A DNA stretch of 64,000 nt, taken from an uncultured Pelagibacteraceae bacterium (lineage in GTDB: Bacteria; Pseudomonadota; Alphaproteobacteria; Pelagibacterales; Pelagibacteraceae). The notes below the pieces were generated by a model, which worked only from the letters and a program-made list of their open reading frames with translations, did no database searches and had not been told where the DNA came from. The stretch lies in assembly GCA_902586025.1 (NCBI GenBank), contig CACIFV010000003.1, forward strand, positions 12,294 to 76,293, read 5' to 3'. The translations under genes and the position numbers were made by a program. Position 1 is the first letter of the stretch. Each line of letters begins with the position of its first letter. Shown here piece by piece: positions 28,037 to 36,999 of this stretch.

Positions 28037-29125
28037 ATGATTATTGGTTCAATTTCTGAAGATAAAAATACTGAAAAAAGGATTGCTATAACTCCTGATA
28101 TTTTAAAAAAATATAAATCTATAGGTGTTGATGTTTTTATAAACAAAGGATATGCCGATCATATTGGTTACAATGATAGTGATTTTGAAAAAGAGGGAGC
28201 TCAAATTTTAAATAATAAAGACGATGTTATCTTAAAATCAAATATACTTTTGCAAATGAATATGCCAGAGGAAGATAAATTACATCTTTTTAAAGAAAAC
28301 CAAACAATCGTTGGTGTATTAAATCCTTATGAAAATAGTGATAAATTAAAAATTTTATTGAATAAAAAAGTTAATTGTTTTTCTCTTGAACTGTTGCCAA
28401 GAATTACCAGAGCTCAGTCTATGGATATATTATCTTCACAAGCAAATCTTGCAGGTTATAAGGCTGTAATTGATTCTTTTGCTTTATTTGAAAAAGCCAT
28501 ACCTATGATGATGACTGCTGCTGGAACAATATCGGCAGCTAGAGTCTTAGTAGTTGGAGCTGGAGTAGCTGGTCTACAAGCAATTGCAACAGCAAAAAGA
28601 ATGGGCGCAATTGTATACGCTACCGATGTAAGAATGGCATCTAAGGAGCAAGTAGAAAGTTTAGGTGGTAAATTTTTGACTGTTGAAGGTTCAGAAAATC
28701 TTGAAACAGAAGGTGGTTATGCAAAAGAAGCATCTGATGATTTTAAGAAAAAGCAAGAAGAATTATTAACTGAAACTTTGAAAAAAATTGACATAGTCAT
28801 TTGTACAGCACTAATACCTGGAAAAAAAGCTCCATTAATTATAAAAAAAAATATGATAATGAGTATGCAGTCAGGATCAGTAATTTATGATTTAGCAGCA
28901 ATACAAGGAGGAAATGCCGAATTAACAAAAGTAAATGAAATTGTAAATTTTCAAGGAATTAAAATTATTGGTGAAAAAAATATTTTAAATAAATTGCCTG
29001 TTTCATCATCAAACTTGTATACAAAAAATATTTTTAATTTTTTTATTAATTTATATGATAAAGAGAAAAAACAAATTGTAATTAATTTGGAAGATGAAAT
29101 AATTAAAAATACAAAGGTTGAATAG
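28037..29125 (+). CDS. pntAA: NAD(P) transhydrogenase subunit alpha part 1
   Basis: PRITRAQSMDILSSQANLAGY, GAGVAGLQAI, TALIPGKKAP. Confidence 0.95.
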   Translation: MIIGSISEDKNTEKRIAITPDILKKYKSIGVDVFINKGYADHIGYNDSDFEKEGAQILNNKDDVILKSNILLQMNMPEEDKLHLFKENQTIVGVLNPYENSDKLKILLNKKVNCFSLELLPRITRAQSMDILSSQANLAGYKAVIDSFALFEKAIPMMMTAAGTISAARVLVVGAGVAGLQAIATAKRMGAIVYATDVRMASKEQVESLGGKFLTVEGSENLETEGGYAKEASDDFKKKQEELLTETLKKIDIVICTALIPGKKAPLIIKKNMIMSMQSGSVIYDLAAIQGGNAELTKVNEIVNFQGIKIIGEKNILNKLPVSSSNLYTKNIFNFFINLYDKEKKQIVINLEDEIIKNTKVE

Positions 29126-29127
29126 TC

Positions 29128-29430
29128 ATGGAAATAGATCCATTTATTTTTAGATTGAGCATATTTATTTTATCAATATTTGTTGGATATTACGTCGTGT
29201 GGAGTGTTACCCCATCATTGCATACTCCTCTAATGTCTGTGACAAACGCTATTTCATCAGTAATTATTGTAGGAGCTATTATTGCAGCTTTAGCTAGCAC
29301 TAATGAAAAAATTTTTGAAACATCAAGTTTATTTGGATACCTAGCAATTATCTTAGCTGCAGTTAATATATTTGGTGGATTTTTGGTTACTCAAAGAATG
29401 CTTCAAATGTATAAAAAGAAGAAAAAATAA
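29128..29430 (+). CDS. pntAB: NAD(P) transhydrogenase subunit alpha part 2
   Basis: VTPSLHTPLMSVTNAISS, NIFGGFLVTQRMLQM. Confidence 0.95.
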   Translation: MEIDPFIFRLSIFILSIFVGYYVVWSVTPSLHTPLMSVTNAISSVIIVGAIIAALASTNEKIFETSSLFGYLAIILAAVNIFGGFLVTQRMLQMYKKKKK

Positions 29431-29435
29431 TTAGC

Positions 29436-30830
29436 ATGTCAGCAAATCTTTCAGCAGTATTCTATCTTTTATCTGGAATTTTATTTATTCTTGCACTTAG
29501 AGGCCTTTCTTCTCCAGAGACATCTAGACAAGGAAATTATTTTGGTATAGCTGGAATGATAATTGCAATAGTTGTTACATTTTTATCTGTAGGTAATTTT
29601 GGCTCAGGTTTAATATTTGTTTTAGTATTTATGTTGGTAGGAGGAGCAATAGGGTCATTTATTGCTTTTAAAATTCCAATGACAGCAATGCCCGAGTTAG
29701 TTGCTGGATTTCATAGTTTAGTCGGTTTAGCTGCAGTTTTTGTAGCGATTTCAGCTTTTTTGAACCCCGAGGCTTTTAATTTAGGAGCATTAGGTAATAT
29801 TAAATTAGCAAGTTTAATTGAAATGTCTCTTGGTGCTGCTATTGGTGCTATAACTTTTTCAGGCTCGATAATAGCTTTTTTAAAGTTAAGAGGAATTATG
29901 TCTGGTGCACCAATAACTTTTAAAGGCCAACATTTTTTAAATTTAATTTTAGGTATTTCAATTTTAGTTTTAATTTTTTATTTATGTAAATCGCAATCAA
30001 ATAATTTATTTTGGACCTTAGTTTTAATTTCGTTTTTAGTTGGAGTATTGTTAATAATACCAATTGGAGGAGCAGATATGCCCGTCGTAATATCCATGTT
30101 AAATTCATATTCAGGATGGGCTGCAGCAGGTATTGGTTTTACTTTAGAAAATACGGCATTAATTATTACTGGAGCTTTAGTCGGGTCATCTGGAGCAATA
30201 CTTTCTTATATAATGTGCAAAGGTATGAACAGGTCATTTTTTAACGTTATTTTAGGAGGGTGGGGAGCTACAGAACAATCTAAATCAGATAATTCAAAGG
30301 AGCAAAAACCTGTAAAGAGCGGTAACGCGGATGATGCAGCTTTTCTAATGAAAAATGCTTCTTCAGTAATAATTGTGCCTGGTTATGGTATGGCTGTTGC
30401 TCAAGCTCAACATGCATTGAGAGAAATGGTGGATGCATTAAAAAAAAATGGTGTTAAAGTTTCTTACGCCATACATCCAGTTGCAGGAAGAATGCCAGGG
30501 CATATGAATGTACTTTTGGCTGAGGCAAATGTCCCATATGATGAAGTCTTCGAATTGGAAGAAATAAATAATGATTTTTCTAATTGCGACGTAGCGTATG
30601 TCATTGGTGCAAACGATGTAACAAATCCAGTAGCAAAGTCGGATCCTCAAAGTCCTATTTATGGAATGCCAGTTCTTGATGTTGAAAAAAGCAAGTCTGT
30701 TTTATTCGTGAAAAGAAGTCTATCACCAGGATATGCAGGAATTGATAATGATTTATTTTATCGAGATAATACGCTGATGTTATTTGCAGATGCAAAAAAA
30801 ATGACTGAAGAAATTGTAAAAAGTTTATAA
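29436..30830 (+). CDS. pntB: NAD(P) transhydrogenase subunit beta
   Basis: IGGADMPVVISMLNSYSGWA, PGYGMAVAQAQ, HPVAGRMPGHMNVLLAEA. Confidence 0.97.
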   Translation: MSANLSAVFYLLSGILFILALRGLSSPETSRQGNYFGIAGMIIAIVVTFLSVGNFGSGLIFVLVFMLVGGAIGSFIAFKIPMTAMPELVAGFHSLVGLAAVFVAISAFLNPEAFNLGALGNIKLASLIEMSLGAAIGAITFSGSIIAFLKLRGIMSGAPITFKGQHFLNLILGISILVLIFYLCKSQSNNLFWTLVLISFLVGVLLIIPIGGADMPVVISMLNSYSGWAAAGIGFTLENTALIITGALVGSSGAILSYIMCKGMNRSFFNVILGGWGATEQSKSDNSKEQKPVKSGNADDAAFLMKNASSVIIVPGYGMAVAQAQHALREMVDALKKNGVKVSYAIHPVAGRMPGHMNVLLAEANVPYDEVFELEEINNDFSNCDVAYVIGANDVTNPVAKSDPQSPIYGMPVLDVEKSKSVLFVKRSLSPGYAGIDNDLFYRDNTLMLFADAKKMTEEIVKSL

Positions 30831-30831
30831 A

Positions 30832-31524
30832 TTGACCAAGATATATTGTGATATTGCTGATAAGAAATTAATAAAAAAATTTGATAGAAAAAAAATAGTT
30901 GAAGGTTTCACGACAAATCCGAGCTTAATAAGAAATGCTGGAGCTAAAAATTACAGTACATATTGTAAACAAATTCTTAAGATTACAAAAAAATCAATAT
31001 CATTTGAAGTATTTGCTGATGATGAAAGAAAAATGATTGAGCAAGGTATTAAAATTAGCAAATGGGGAAAAAATGTATTTGTAAAAGTACCTGTTGTAAA
31101 TTCAAATGGCAGATTTATGGGAAAAGTAATTAAAAAGTTAAGCACAAAAAAGATAAAGTTGAATATAACTGCTGTTTATACATATGAACAAGTAAAAAAA
31201 ATTTTAAGAAATGTAAATAAAAAAAGTAAAGTTATTATTTCGATTTTTGCTGGTCGTATGGCTGATGCTGGAAAAAACCCAATACCAATTTTTTTAAAAA
31301 GTATAAAATTATCAAAAAAATATAAAAATGTTAAAATCCTTTGGGCAAGTACTCGCGAACCATATAATTATTTACAAGCGAAACTATTAAAATGTCATTT
31401 AATTACAGTTCCACCATCAATAATTGAAAAAATAGAAAATTTTGGCAAATCTTATAACAAACTTACATTAGATACTGTAAAAGGTTTTTTAAATGATAGT
31501 AAAAAATCAAAATTTAAAATATGA
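30832..31524 (+). CDS. tal: Transaldolase (short TalC/FSA-like family)
   Basis: GFTTNPSL, VKVP Schiff-base Lys, NITAV, FAGRMAD, LWASTRE. Confidence 0.85.
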   Translation: MTKIYCDIADKKLIKKFDRKKIVEGFTTNPSLIRNAGAKNYSTYCKQILKITKKSISFEVFADDERKMIEQGIKISKWGKNVFVKVPVVNSNGRFMGKVIKKLSTKKIKLNITAVYTYEQVKKILRNVNKKSKVIISIFAGRMADAGKNPIPIFLKSIKLSKKYKNVKILWASTREPYNYLQAKLLKCHLITVPPSIIEKIENFGKSYNKLTLDTVKGFLNDSKKSKFKI

Positions 31525-31910
31525 GCAATGAAAAAATTAAGATAGGTTCAAATAGAAGTTTTGGTATAGTTTTTTTTTTAGTTTTTCTTATAATTGCAAT
31601 TTATCCATTAATTAATGGCAATGAAATTAGATACTGGTCATTTGTTATATCAATAATTTTTTTGATTTTAGGTTTGCTAAATTCTAAATTACTAAATCCT
31701 CTTAATTTAATATGGTTTAAATTTGGTTTATTTCTTGGTAAAATTATCTCTCCTATTGTAATGGGTATTATTTTCTTCGCAGTTGTAACACCAACATCTT
31801 TAATAATGAAGATTCTTAGAAAAGACTTGTTAAATCTCAAATTTAATAATAGTAAAACTTATTGGATATTAAAAAACGATCATAAAAGTAAAATGAAAAA
31901 CCAATTTTAA
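31521..31910 (+). CDS. SxtJ-family membrane protein
   Basis: RSFG..TM..TM, LNPLNLIWFKFGLFLGKIISPIVMGIIFF.V.TP, DLL, TYW, C-terminal NQF. Confidence 0.8.
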   Translation: MSNEKIKIGSNRSFGIVFFLVFLIIAIYPLINGNEIRYWSFVISIIFLILGLLNSKLLNPLNLIWFKFGLFLGKIISPIVMGIIFFAVVTPTSLIMKILRKDLLNLKFNNSKTYWILKNDHKSKMKNQF

Positions 31911-31911
31911 A

Positions 31912-32061
31912 ATGAGTTTTATTAAAGAGTTTATTGAGTTTCTAAAAGAAAGAAAGAAATATTGGCTTTTACCAATAATAATTGTTCTGGTAATCTTTGG
32001 AGGCTTAATTGTACTTAGTCAGGGATCAGCTGTAGCCCCTTTCATTTATACAATTTTTTAA
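31912..32061 (+). CDS. 49-aa SxtK/DUF5989-family single-TM micro-protein (not in the ORF track)
   Basis: MSFIKEFIEFLKERKKYWLLPIIIVLVIFGGLIVLSQGSAVAPFIYTIF; fills the gap between the sxtJ-like gene and the carbamoyltransferase. Confidence 0.88.
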   Translation: MSFIKEFIEFLKERKKYWLLPIIIVLVIFGGLIVLSQGSAVAPFIYTIF

Positions 32062-33897
32062 GTGAGATATATATTAGGAATATCTGCTTTCTATCATGAT
32101 AGTGCAGCTTGTATTTTAGCTGATGGAAAAATTATTGCTGCAGCTCAAGAAGAGCGTTTTACAAGAATTAAACACGACTCCAGTTATCCTTCAAATGCAA
32201 TTAATTTTGTTTTAAAATATTCGAATATTAAACTAAGTCAAATTTATAAAGTAGTTTTTTTTGAAAAACCATTTCTTAAATTTGAGAGACTTCTTGAGAC
32301 CTATGTGGCATTTGCTCCAAAAGGGTTTATTTCATTCAGTAAAGCAATGCCATTATGGATTAAGGAAAAGCTTTTTCAAAAAAATTTATTATTTAAAAAA
32401 CTCCAAGAGCATGATTACAAATTTGATGATCAAAATAAAATTTTTTTTTCAGATCATCACCTTAGTCATGCTGCCAGTGCATTTTTTCCATCTCCATATA
32501 ATGAAGCTGTAATTTTAACTGCAGATGGTGTGGGAGAGTGGGCAACTACAACTGTTGCAGTTGGTAAAGGAAATAAATTAGAGATTAAAAAAGAAATACA
32601 TTACCCTCATTCGTTAGGTTTAATGTATTCTGCATTTACTTATTATTGTGGGTTTAAAGTAAATAGTGGAGAATACAAATTAATGGGTTTAGCCCCATAT
32701 GGTGATCCAAAATATATTGATAAAATTTTGAAAATTATTGATATAAAAGACGATGGATCTTTCAGATTAGATCAAGGTTATTTTAATTATTCAACTGGAT
32801 TAACCATGACAAATAATAAATTTGATAATTTATTTGGTAGAAAGCCTAGAAAACCAGATCAGGAAAAAATTGATCAATTTCATATGGATATTGCTGCATC
32901 AATTCAAAAAGTTACTGAGGATATAATGTTAAAATTAGCAACATCAATTAAAAATGAATTTGGAATTGAAAATTTATGTTTAGCTGGTGGAGTAGCTTTA
33001 AACTGTGTAGCTAATGGCAAGATACTTGAAAAAAAAATTTTCAAAAATATTTGGGTACAACCCGCAGCAGGTGATGCAGGTGGCTCATTGGGAGCAGCAT
33101 TAGCGCTATGGCATATTGAGGAGGGAGAGGATAGAAAAATTGACAGAAATGATAATATGCAAGGCTCATATTTAGGACCTTACTACTCTCAAACAGAAAT
33201 AGAGGATAAATTAAATAAACTCGGTGCGAATTTTGAAGTTTATAAAACAGAGGAAATAATAGATAAAACTGCCCGCTATCTATCTCTTGGAAAAGCTATT
33301 GGATGGTTTCAAGGAAGAATGGAATTTGGACCAAGAGCTCTGGGATCTCGTTCAATTCTTGGAGATCCAAGATCGGAAACTATGCAAAAAAGTTTAAACT
33401 TAAAGGTTAAGTTTAGAGAGAGTTTTAGGCCATTCGCACCTTCTGTGTTGAGAGAAAAGGTAAAAGATTGGTTTGATATTGAAACCGATAGTCCATACAT
33501 GCTCATGGTTTCCAAAATAAATGAGCAAAAAAAAATAAAAATGACAGAAAATCAAGAAAAATTATTTGGTATTGATAAATTAAATATAAAAAGATCCACC
33601 ATTCCTGCGGTAACACATGTGGACTATACCGCAAGAATTCAAACTGTGGATAAAAATACTAATGGACTATATTACAAGTTGTTAACTAAATTTAACGAAA
33701 TTACTGATTGTCCAATTTTAATAAATACTTCATTTAATGTCAGAGGAGAACCAATTGTAAATTCCCCAGAAGATGCTTTTAAATGTTTTATGGGCACTGA
33801 TCTTGATAGTTTAGTAATCGGAAACTGTTTTCTTGAGAAGGATAAACAAAATAAAATCCTAAAAAAAAATTACAAAGACAATTTTGAATTAGATTAA
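32062..33897 (+). CDS. O-carbamoyltransferase (NodU/CmcH/SxtI family)
   Basis: YHDSAA, QEERFTR, DHHLSHAASAF, DGVGE, GEYKLMGLAPYG, AGGVALNC, EFGPRALG, FRPFAPS, NTSFN. Confidence 0.93.
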   Translation: MRYILGISAFYHDSAACILADGKIIAAAQEERFTRIKHDSSYPSNAINFVLKYSNIKLSQIYKVVFFEKPFLKFERLLETYVAFAPKGFISFSKAMPLWIKEKLFQKNLLFKKLQEHDYKFDDQNKIFFSDHHLSHAASAFFPSPYNEAVILTADGVGEWATTTVAVGKGNKLEIKKEIHYPHSLGLMYSAFTYYCGFKVNSGEYKLMGLAPYGDPKYIDKILKIIDIKDDGSFRLDQGYFNYSTGLTMTNNKFDNLFGRKPRKPDQEKIDQFHMDIAASIQKVTEDIMLKLATSIKNEFGIENLCLAGGVALNCVANGKILEKKIFKNIWVQPAAGDAGGSLGAALALWHIEEGEDRKIDRNDNMQGSYLGPYYSQTEIEDKLNKLGANFEVYKTEEIIDKTARYLSLGKAIGWFQGRMEFGPRALGSRSILGDPRSETMQKSLNLKVKFRESFRPFAPSVLREKVKDWFDIETDSPYMLMVSKINEQKKIKMTENQEKLFGIDKLNIKRSTIPAVTHVDYTARIQTVDKNTNGLYYKLLTKFNEITDCPILINTSFNVRGEPIVNSPEDAFKCFMGTDLDSLVIGNCFLEKDKQNKILKKNYKDNFELD

Positions 33898-33899
33898 AT

Positions 33900-33976
33900 T
33901 GGTTGCGGGGGACGGATTTGAACCGCCGACCTCAAGGTTATGAGCCTTGCGAGCTACCAGGCTGCTCCACCCCGCG
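33900..33976 (-). tRNA. Initiator tRNA-fMet (CAT)
   Basis: Reverse complement CGCGGGGTGGAGCAGCCTGGTAGCTCG-CAAGG-CTCATAA-CCTTG-AGGTCGGCGGTTCAAATCCGTCCCCCGCAACCA; C1:A72 mismatch; encoded CCA. Confidence 0.96.
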
Positions 33977-33980
33977 ATAT

Positions 33981-34175
33981 TTAAATCCTATTTTTGAGTT
34001 TGTTAAGCTTTTTTACTCTTTTAATGTTTTCTTGAAGTATTCTTTTTTTCTTTTCAGAAGGTTTCTCGTATGTATTTTTTAATTTAATTACTTTAAAAAA
34101 ACCGTCTCTCTGAAGCTTCCTTTTTAAAACTCTCAGTGCTTGTTCAACATTATTATCTTTAACTTCTATTTTAAT
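33981..34175 (-). CDS. rpsU: 30S ribosomal protein S21 (probable ATT start at 34175; the ORF track uses TTG at 34187)
   Basis: IEVKDNNVEQALRVLKRKLQRDG..YEKPSEKK; GGAGG 5 nt upstream of the ATT. Confidence 0.93.
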   Translation of the reverse strand: MKIEVKDNNVEQALRVLKRKLQRDGFFKVIKLKNTYEKPSEKKKRILQENIKRVKKLNKLKNRI

Positions 34176-34256
34176 AACAACCTCCAAAAAATGCGTTTAG
34201 TTAACATTTTAAATAATATTTGTCTATATTTTAAATTTATGTTTTATTAATTAAGT

Positions 34257-34811
34257 TTAATTTTTCTTTGTTTTTTTTTCTTTTAATATTCTTCGTTCAG
34301 CTTTTTCAATAGCATTTAGTAAAATTATTTGAGTAAAAAGTCCCATCGCAACAGGATCTTTCGCATTCAGATTATTATAATTCCAATAACTTTTATTTCG
34401 AATTGAGGTTACCGAATTCTTAGTAATACCAACTAATTTTGCAATCTGCGAGTCCTTTAAGATTGGATGATTTTTTAACAACCAAAGTGCTGAGTCAGGC
34501 TTATCTTGTCTTTTTGATAAAGGAACGTATTTTTTTATTTTGCTGTCCGAAGTTCTTATTTTTACTTCTTCATCTATAATATTCAACGGTCTATTGATGT
34601 CACTAGAAGAAAGCTCTATTTCCTCACTTGTCAGTTGACCAGAAATGATTGGGTTATAACCAACAATACCTTTTGCAACCTCCCCATCAGCAATTCCTTG
34701 TACTTCTACTTCATGTAATTTACAGAAATCAGCAATTTGTTTAAATGTTAGAGACGTATTTTCAACAAGCCATACAGCTGTAGCCATTGGCATTAAAGGA
34801 GCTTTAGACAT
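34257..34811 (-). CDS. trcR: DUF1013 family protein, cell-cycle transcription factor TrcR
   Basis: PLMPMATAVWLVENTSLTFKQIADFC.LH..EV.GIADG, RQDKPD, YWNY..L...DPV. Confidence 0.85.
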   Translation of the reverse strand: MSKAPLMPMATAVWLVENTSLTFKQIADFCKLHEVEVQGIADGEVAKGIVGYNPIISGQLTSEEIELSSSDINRPLNIIDEEVKIRTSDSKIKKYVPLSKRQDKPDSALWLLKNHPILKDSQIAKLVGITKNSVTSIRNKSYWNYNNLNAKDPVAMGLFTQIILLNAIEKAERRILKEKKTKKN

Positions 34812-35041
34812 TAATCTTTATTTTCTGATCTGAAATTTTGAAATTTTTTGTTAAACTTACTTATTCTTCCTTTATCTAATATTTTTTGTTTACCACCTGT
34901 CCAAGCAGAATGAGATTTTGGATCAATTTCTAATTTTAAAACCTCATTCTCAGATCCCCAAGTAGATTTCGTTTCAAATTGTGATCCATCAGTCATTTCA
35001 ACTTTGATAGTATGATATTTTGGATGAATATTTTTTTTCAT
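34811..35041 (-). CDS. rpmE: 50S ribosomal protein L31 (zinc-free)
   Basis: [31 protein letters not shown]. Confidence 0.95.
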   Translation of the reverse strand: MKKNIHPKYHTIKVEMTDGSQFETKSTWGSENEVLKLEIDPKSHSAWTGGKQKILDKGRISKFNKKFQNFRSENKD

Positions 35042-35076
35042 GGCCAGCCTTATAACAAAATTTGTTTTAAAAACAA

Positions 35077-35823
35077 TTAAAAGTTGCCAATTTCTTTTAA
35101 CATTTTATCATATATACTTGAATTACCTGCCCTAATATTAATTTCATTTGTTTTAAAAGCACTTATATTATTTACTTTACCACCCGCTTCCTCAATAATT
35201 ATTTTACCAGCAGCAACATCCCATAAATTAATTTTGTTATGAAAAAAACCATCAAGTCTTCCACATCCAACATATGCCAGGTCTAAAGCGGCACAACCAG
35301 TATTTCTTAGATTTAATTGAGGATGTATTTTTTTTATACCTTCATTGTTTGATGCAAATAAACATTCTTCTATGTTTATTTTCTTTGATACTCTTATCCT
35401 ATTATTATCCTGAAATGCACCATTATTTTTTTCTGCATAAAATATTTCATTTTTAATTGGGTCATATATTACTCCTGATTGAATTTCATTTTCGATTTGT
35501 AATGCAATTGATATAGCAAAGTGAGGTATTCCATGTAAAAAATTAATTGTTCCATCTATTGGGTCAATTATCCAAAATATATTCTTATTTTTGTTAAAAA
35601 TCTTTCCGCTCTCTTCAGTTATAAATGAATAGCCCTTTTTTGATTTTGTTAGTTCGCTTACCAAAATTTCTTCAACTTTTTTGTCAGTTTTTGTCACAAA
35701 ATCCCTAGGACCTTTTTTTGATACTTGTAAATTTTCTATTTCTCCAAAATCTCTAATTATAAACTTTGAGGCTTTATCACACGCTTTAATCATCAGGTTT
35801 AAATTTGAGGATATTGAATTCAT
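35077..35823 (-). CDS. suhB: Inositol monophosphatase family protein SuhB
   Basis: [39 protein letters not shown]. Confidence 0.9.
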   Translation of the reverse strand: MNSISSNLNLMIKACDKASKFIIRDFGEIENLQVSKKGPRDFVTKTDKKVEEILVSELTKSKKGYSFITEESGKIFNKNKNIFWIIDPIDGTINFLHGIPHFAISIALQIENEIQSGVIYDPIKNEIFYAEKNNGAFQDNNRIRVSKKINIEECLFASNNEGIKKIHPQLNLRNTGCAALDLAYVGCGRLDGFFHNKINLWDVAAGKIIIEEAGGKVNNISAFKTNEINIRAGNSSIYDKMLKEIGNF

Positions 35824-35824
35824 T

Positions 35825-36385
35825 TTATACTTTTTTTACATATTCCATACTTCTGGTATCTAGTATTATTTTGTCTCCACTCTCAATAAAGGGAGGAACT
35901 TGTATTTGTAAACCATTTTCAAGTATTGCTGGTTTGTAAGAAGAAGAAACTGTTTGACCTTTAATAGCTGCATCTGTACTTTCAATTTTATATTCTAATT
36001 GATTTGGAAGAATTATATTAATTGGGATTTCATTGTGGAAATTTATTGTAACCTCAAGGTTTTCACTGAACATTTGACCTTTATCTCCAACTATATCTTT
36101 ATTTAGATTAATTTGTTCGAATGTTTTAGGATTCATAAAGTAAAAATTGTCCTCATCATTGTATAAAAAGTTATAATTTATTTCTTCTAATAAAGCTTTT
36201 TCTAACGTTTCACTAGATCTAAACCTTTCATTCAATTTCGTATTTTTGTTTATACTTTTCATTTCTACCTGAGCAAATGCCCCACCTTTGCCAGGCTTTA
36301 CATGATTAGTTTTCAATACTTCCCATAAATCATTTTTAAACTCTAGAATCATCCCAACCCTTATTTCTGTTGCATTGATTTTCAT
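35825..36385 (-). CDS. efp: Elongation factor P
   Basis: HVKPGKGGAF, KPAILENG, VPPFI. Confidence 0.96.
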   Translation of the reverse strand: MKINATEIRVGMILEFKNDLWEVLKTNHVKPGKGGAFAQVEMKSINKNTKLNERFRSSETLEKALLEEINYNFLYNDEDNFYFMNPKTFEQINLNKDIVGDKGQMFSENLEVTINFHNEIPINIILPNQLEYKIESTDAAIKGQTVSSSYKPAILENGLQIQVPPFIESGDKIILDTRSMEYVKKV

Positions 36386-36999
36386 TTTATTTTTTCTATT
36401 GCTTGATGTGGTTTTAATTTTTTATTATTCCAAATGTAGCTTGAAATAGCTAAAAAATCTGCTTTATTCAATAATAGATTTCTATAATTTTTTTCATTAA
36501 TTCCTCCAATAGCCACAATAGGTAACTTTATTGATTTTTTTATTTTTTTTAAAGTTTTCAGGTCAGCTTTGTATTTAACTTTTTTTGTACTTGAATTAAA
36601 GAAAGCCCCAAGTGCTATATAAGTTGCACCATTTGACTCAGCTATCCTTGAGAGTTTTATTGAATTGTGGCAGGTAATTCCTACCACTTTGTTTTGTAAA
36701 ATTTTTCTTGCTTTTGTAATATTCATATCCTTTTGACCCAAATGGCATCCGTCAGCATTTACTTTTAAGGCAAGATTTGGGTCATCATTTATAATAAATT
36801 TTACGTTATTTTTTTTACAAATTTTATAAATTTTTTTAGCAATCGTAATTTTATTTCTTATATTTTCGTTTTTAAGTCTTAATTGAAAAAAACTAACTTT
36901 CTTAGATTTTAAAACTAAATTTAAATTGAAAAAAAAAGATTTATTTTTAATTTTATTAGGCGAAATCAGATAGATAAATTTTTTATTTTGAATTTTCAA
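36382..36999 (-). CDS. thiE: Thiamine-phosphate synthase (TTG start at 36999 more likely than 37074)
   Basis: QLRLK, IINDD, ADGCHLGQKD, GITCHNS, VAIGGI. Confidence 0.85.
   Translation of the reverse strand: MKIQNKKFIYLISPNKIKNKSFFFNLNLVLKSKKVSFFQLRLKNENIRNKITIAKKIYKICKKNNVKFIINDDPNLALKVNADGCHLGQKDMNITKARKILQNKVVGITCHNSIKLSRIAESNGATYIALGAFFNSSTKKVKYKADLKTLKKIKKSIKLPIVAIGGINEKNYRNLLLNKADFLAISSYIWNNKKLKPHQAIEKIK

Noticed and set aside
27874-28146. Minus-strand 90-aa ORF in the track
   Set aside because: Antisense shadow of rpmJ, the ctaH-like ORF and pntAA, which have recognisable products
31521-33897. Saxitoxin biosynthesis suggested by sxtI/J/K-like genes
   Set aside because: No sxtA, sxtG or other pathway genes in the window; this trio is widespread outside toxin producers
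27797-35041. Cys-free L36 and L31 as a special zinc-sparing adaptation
   Set aside because: Zinc-free forms are the norm in alphaproteobacteria
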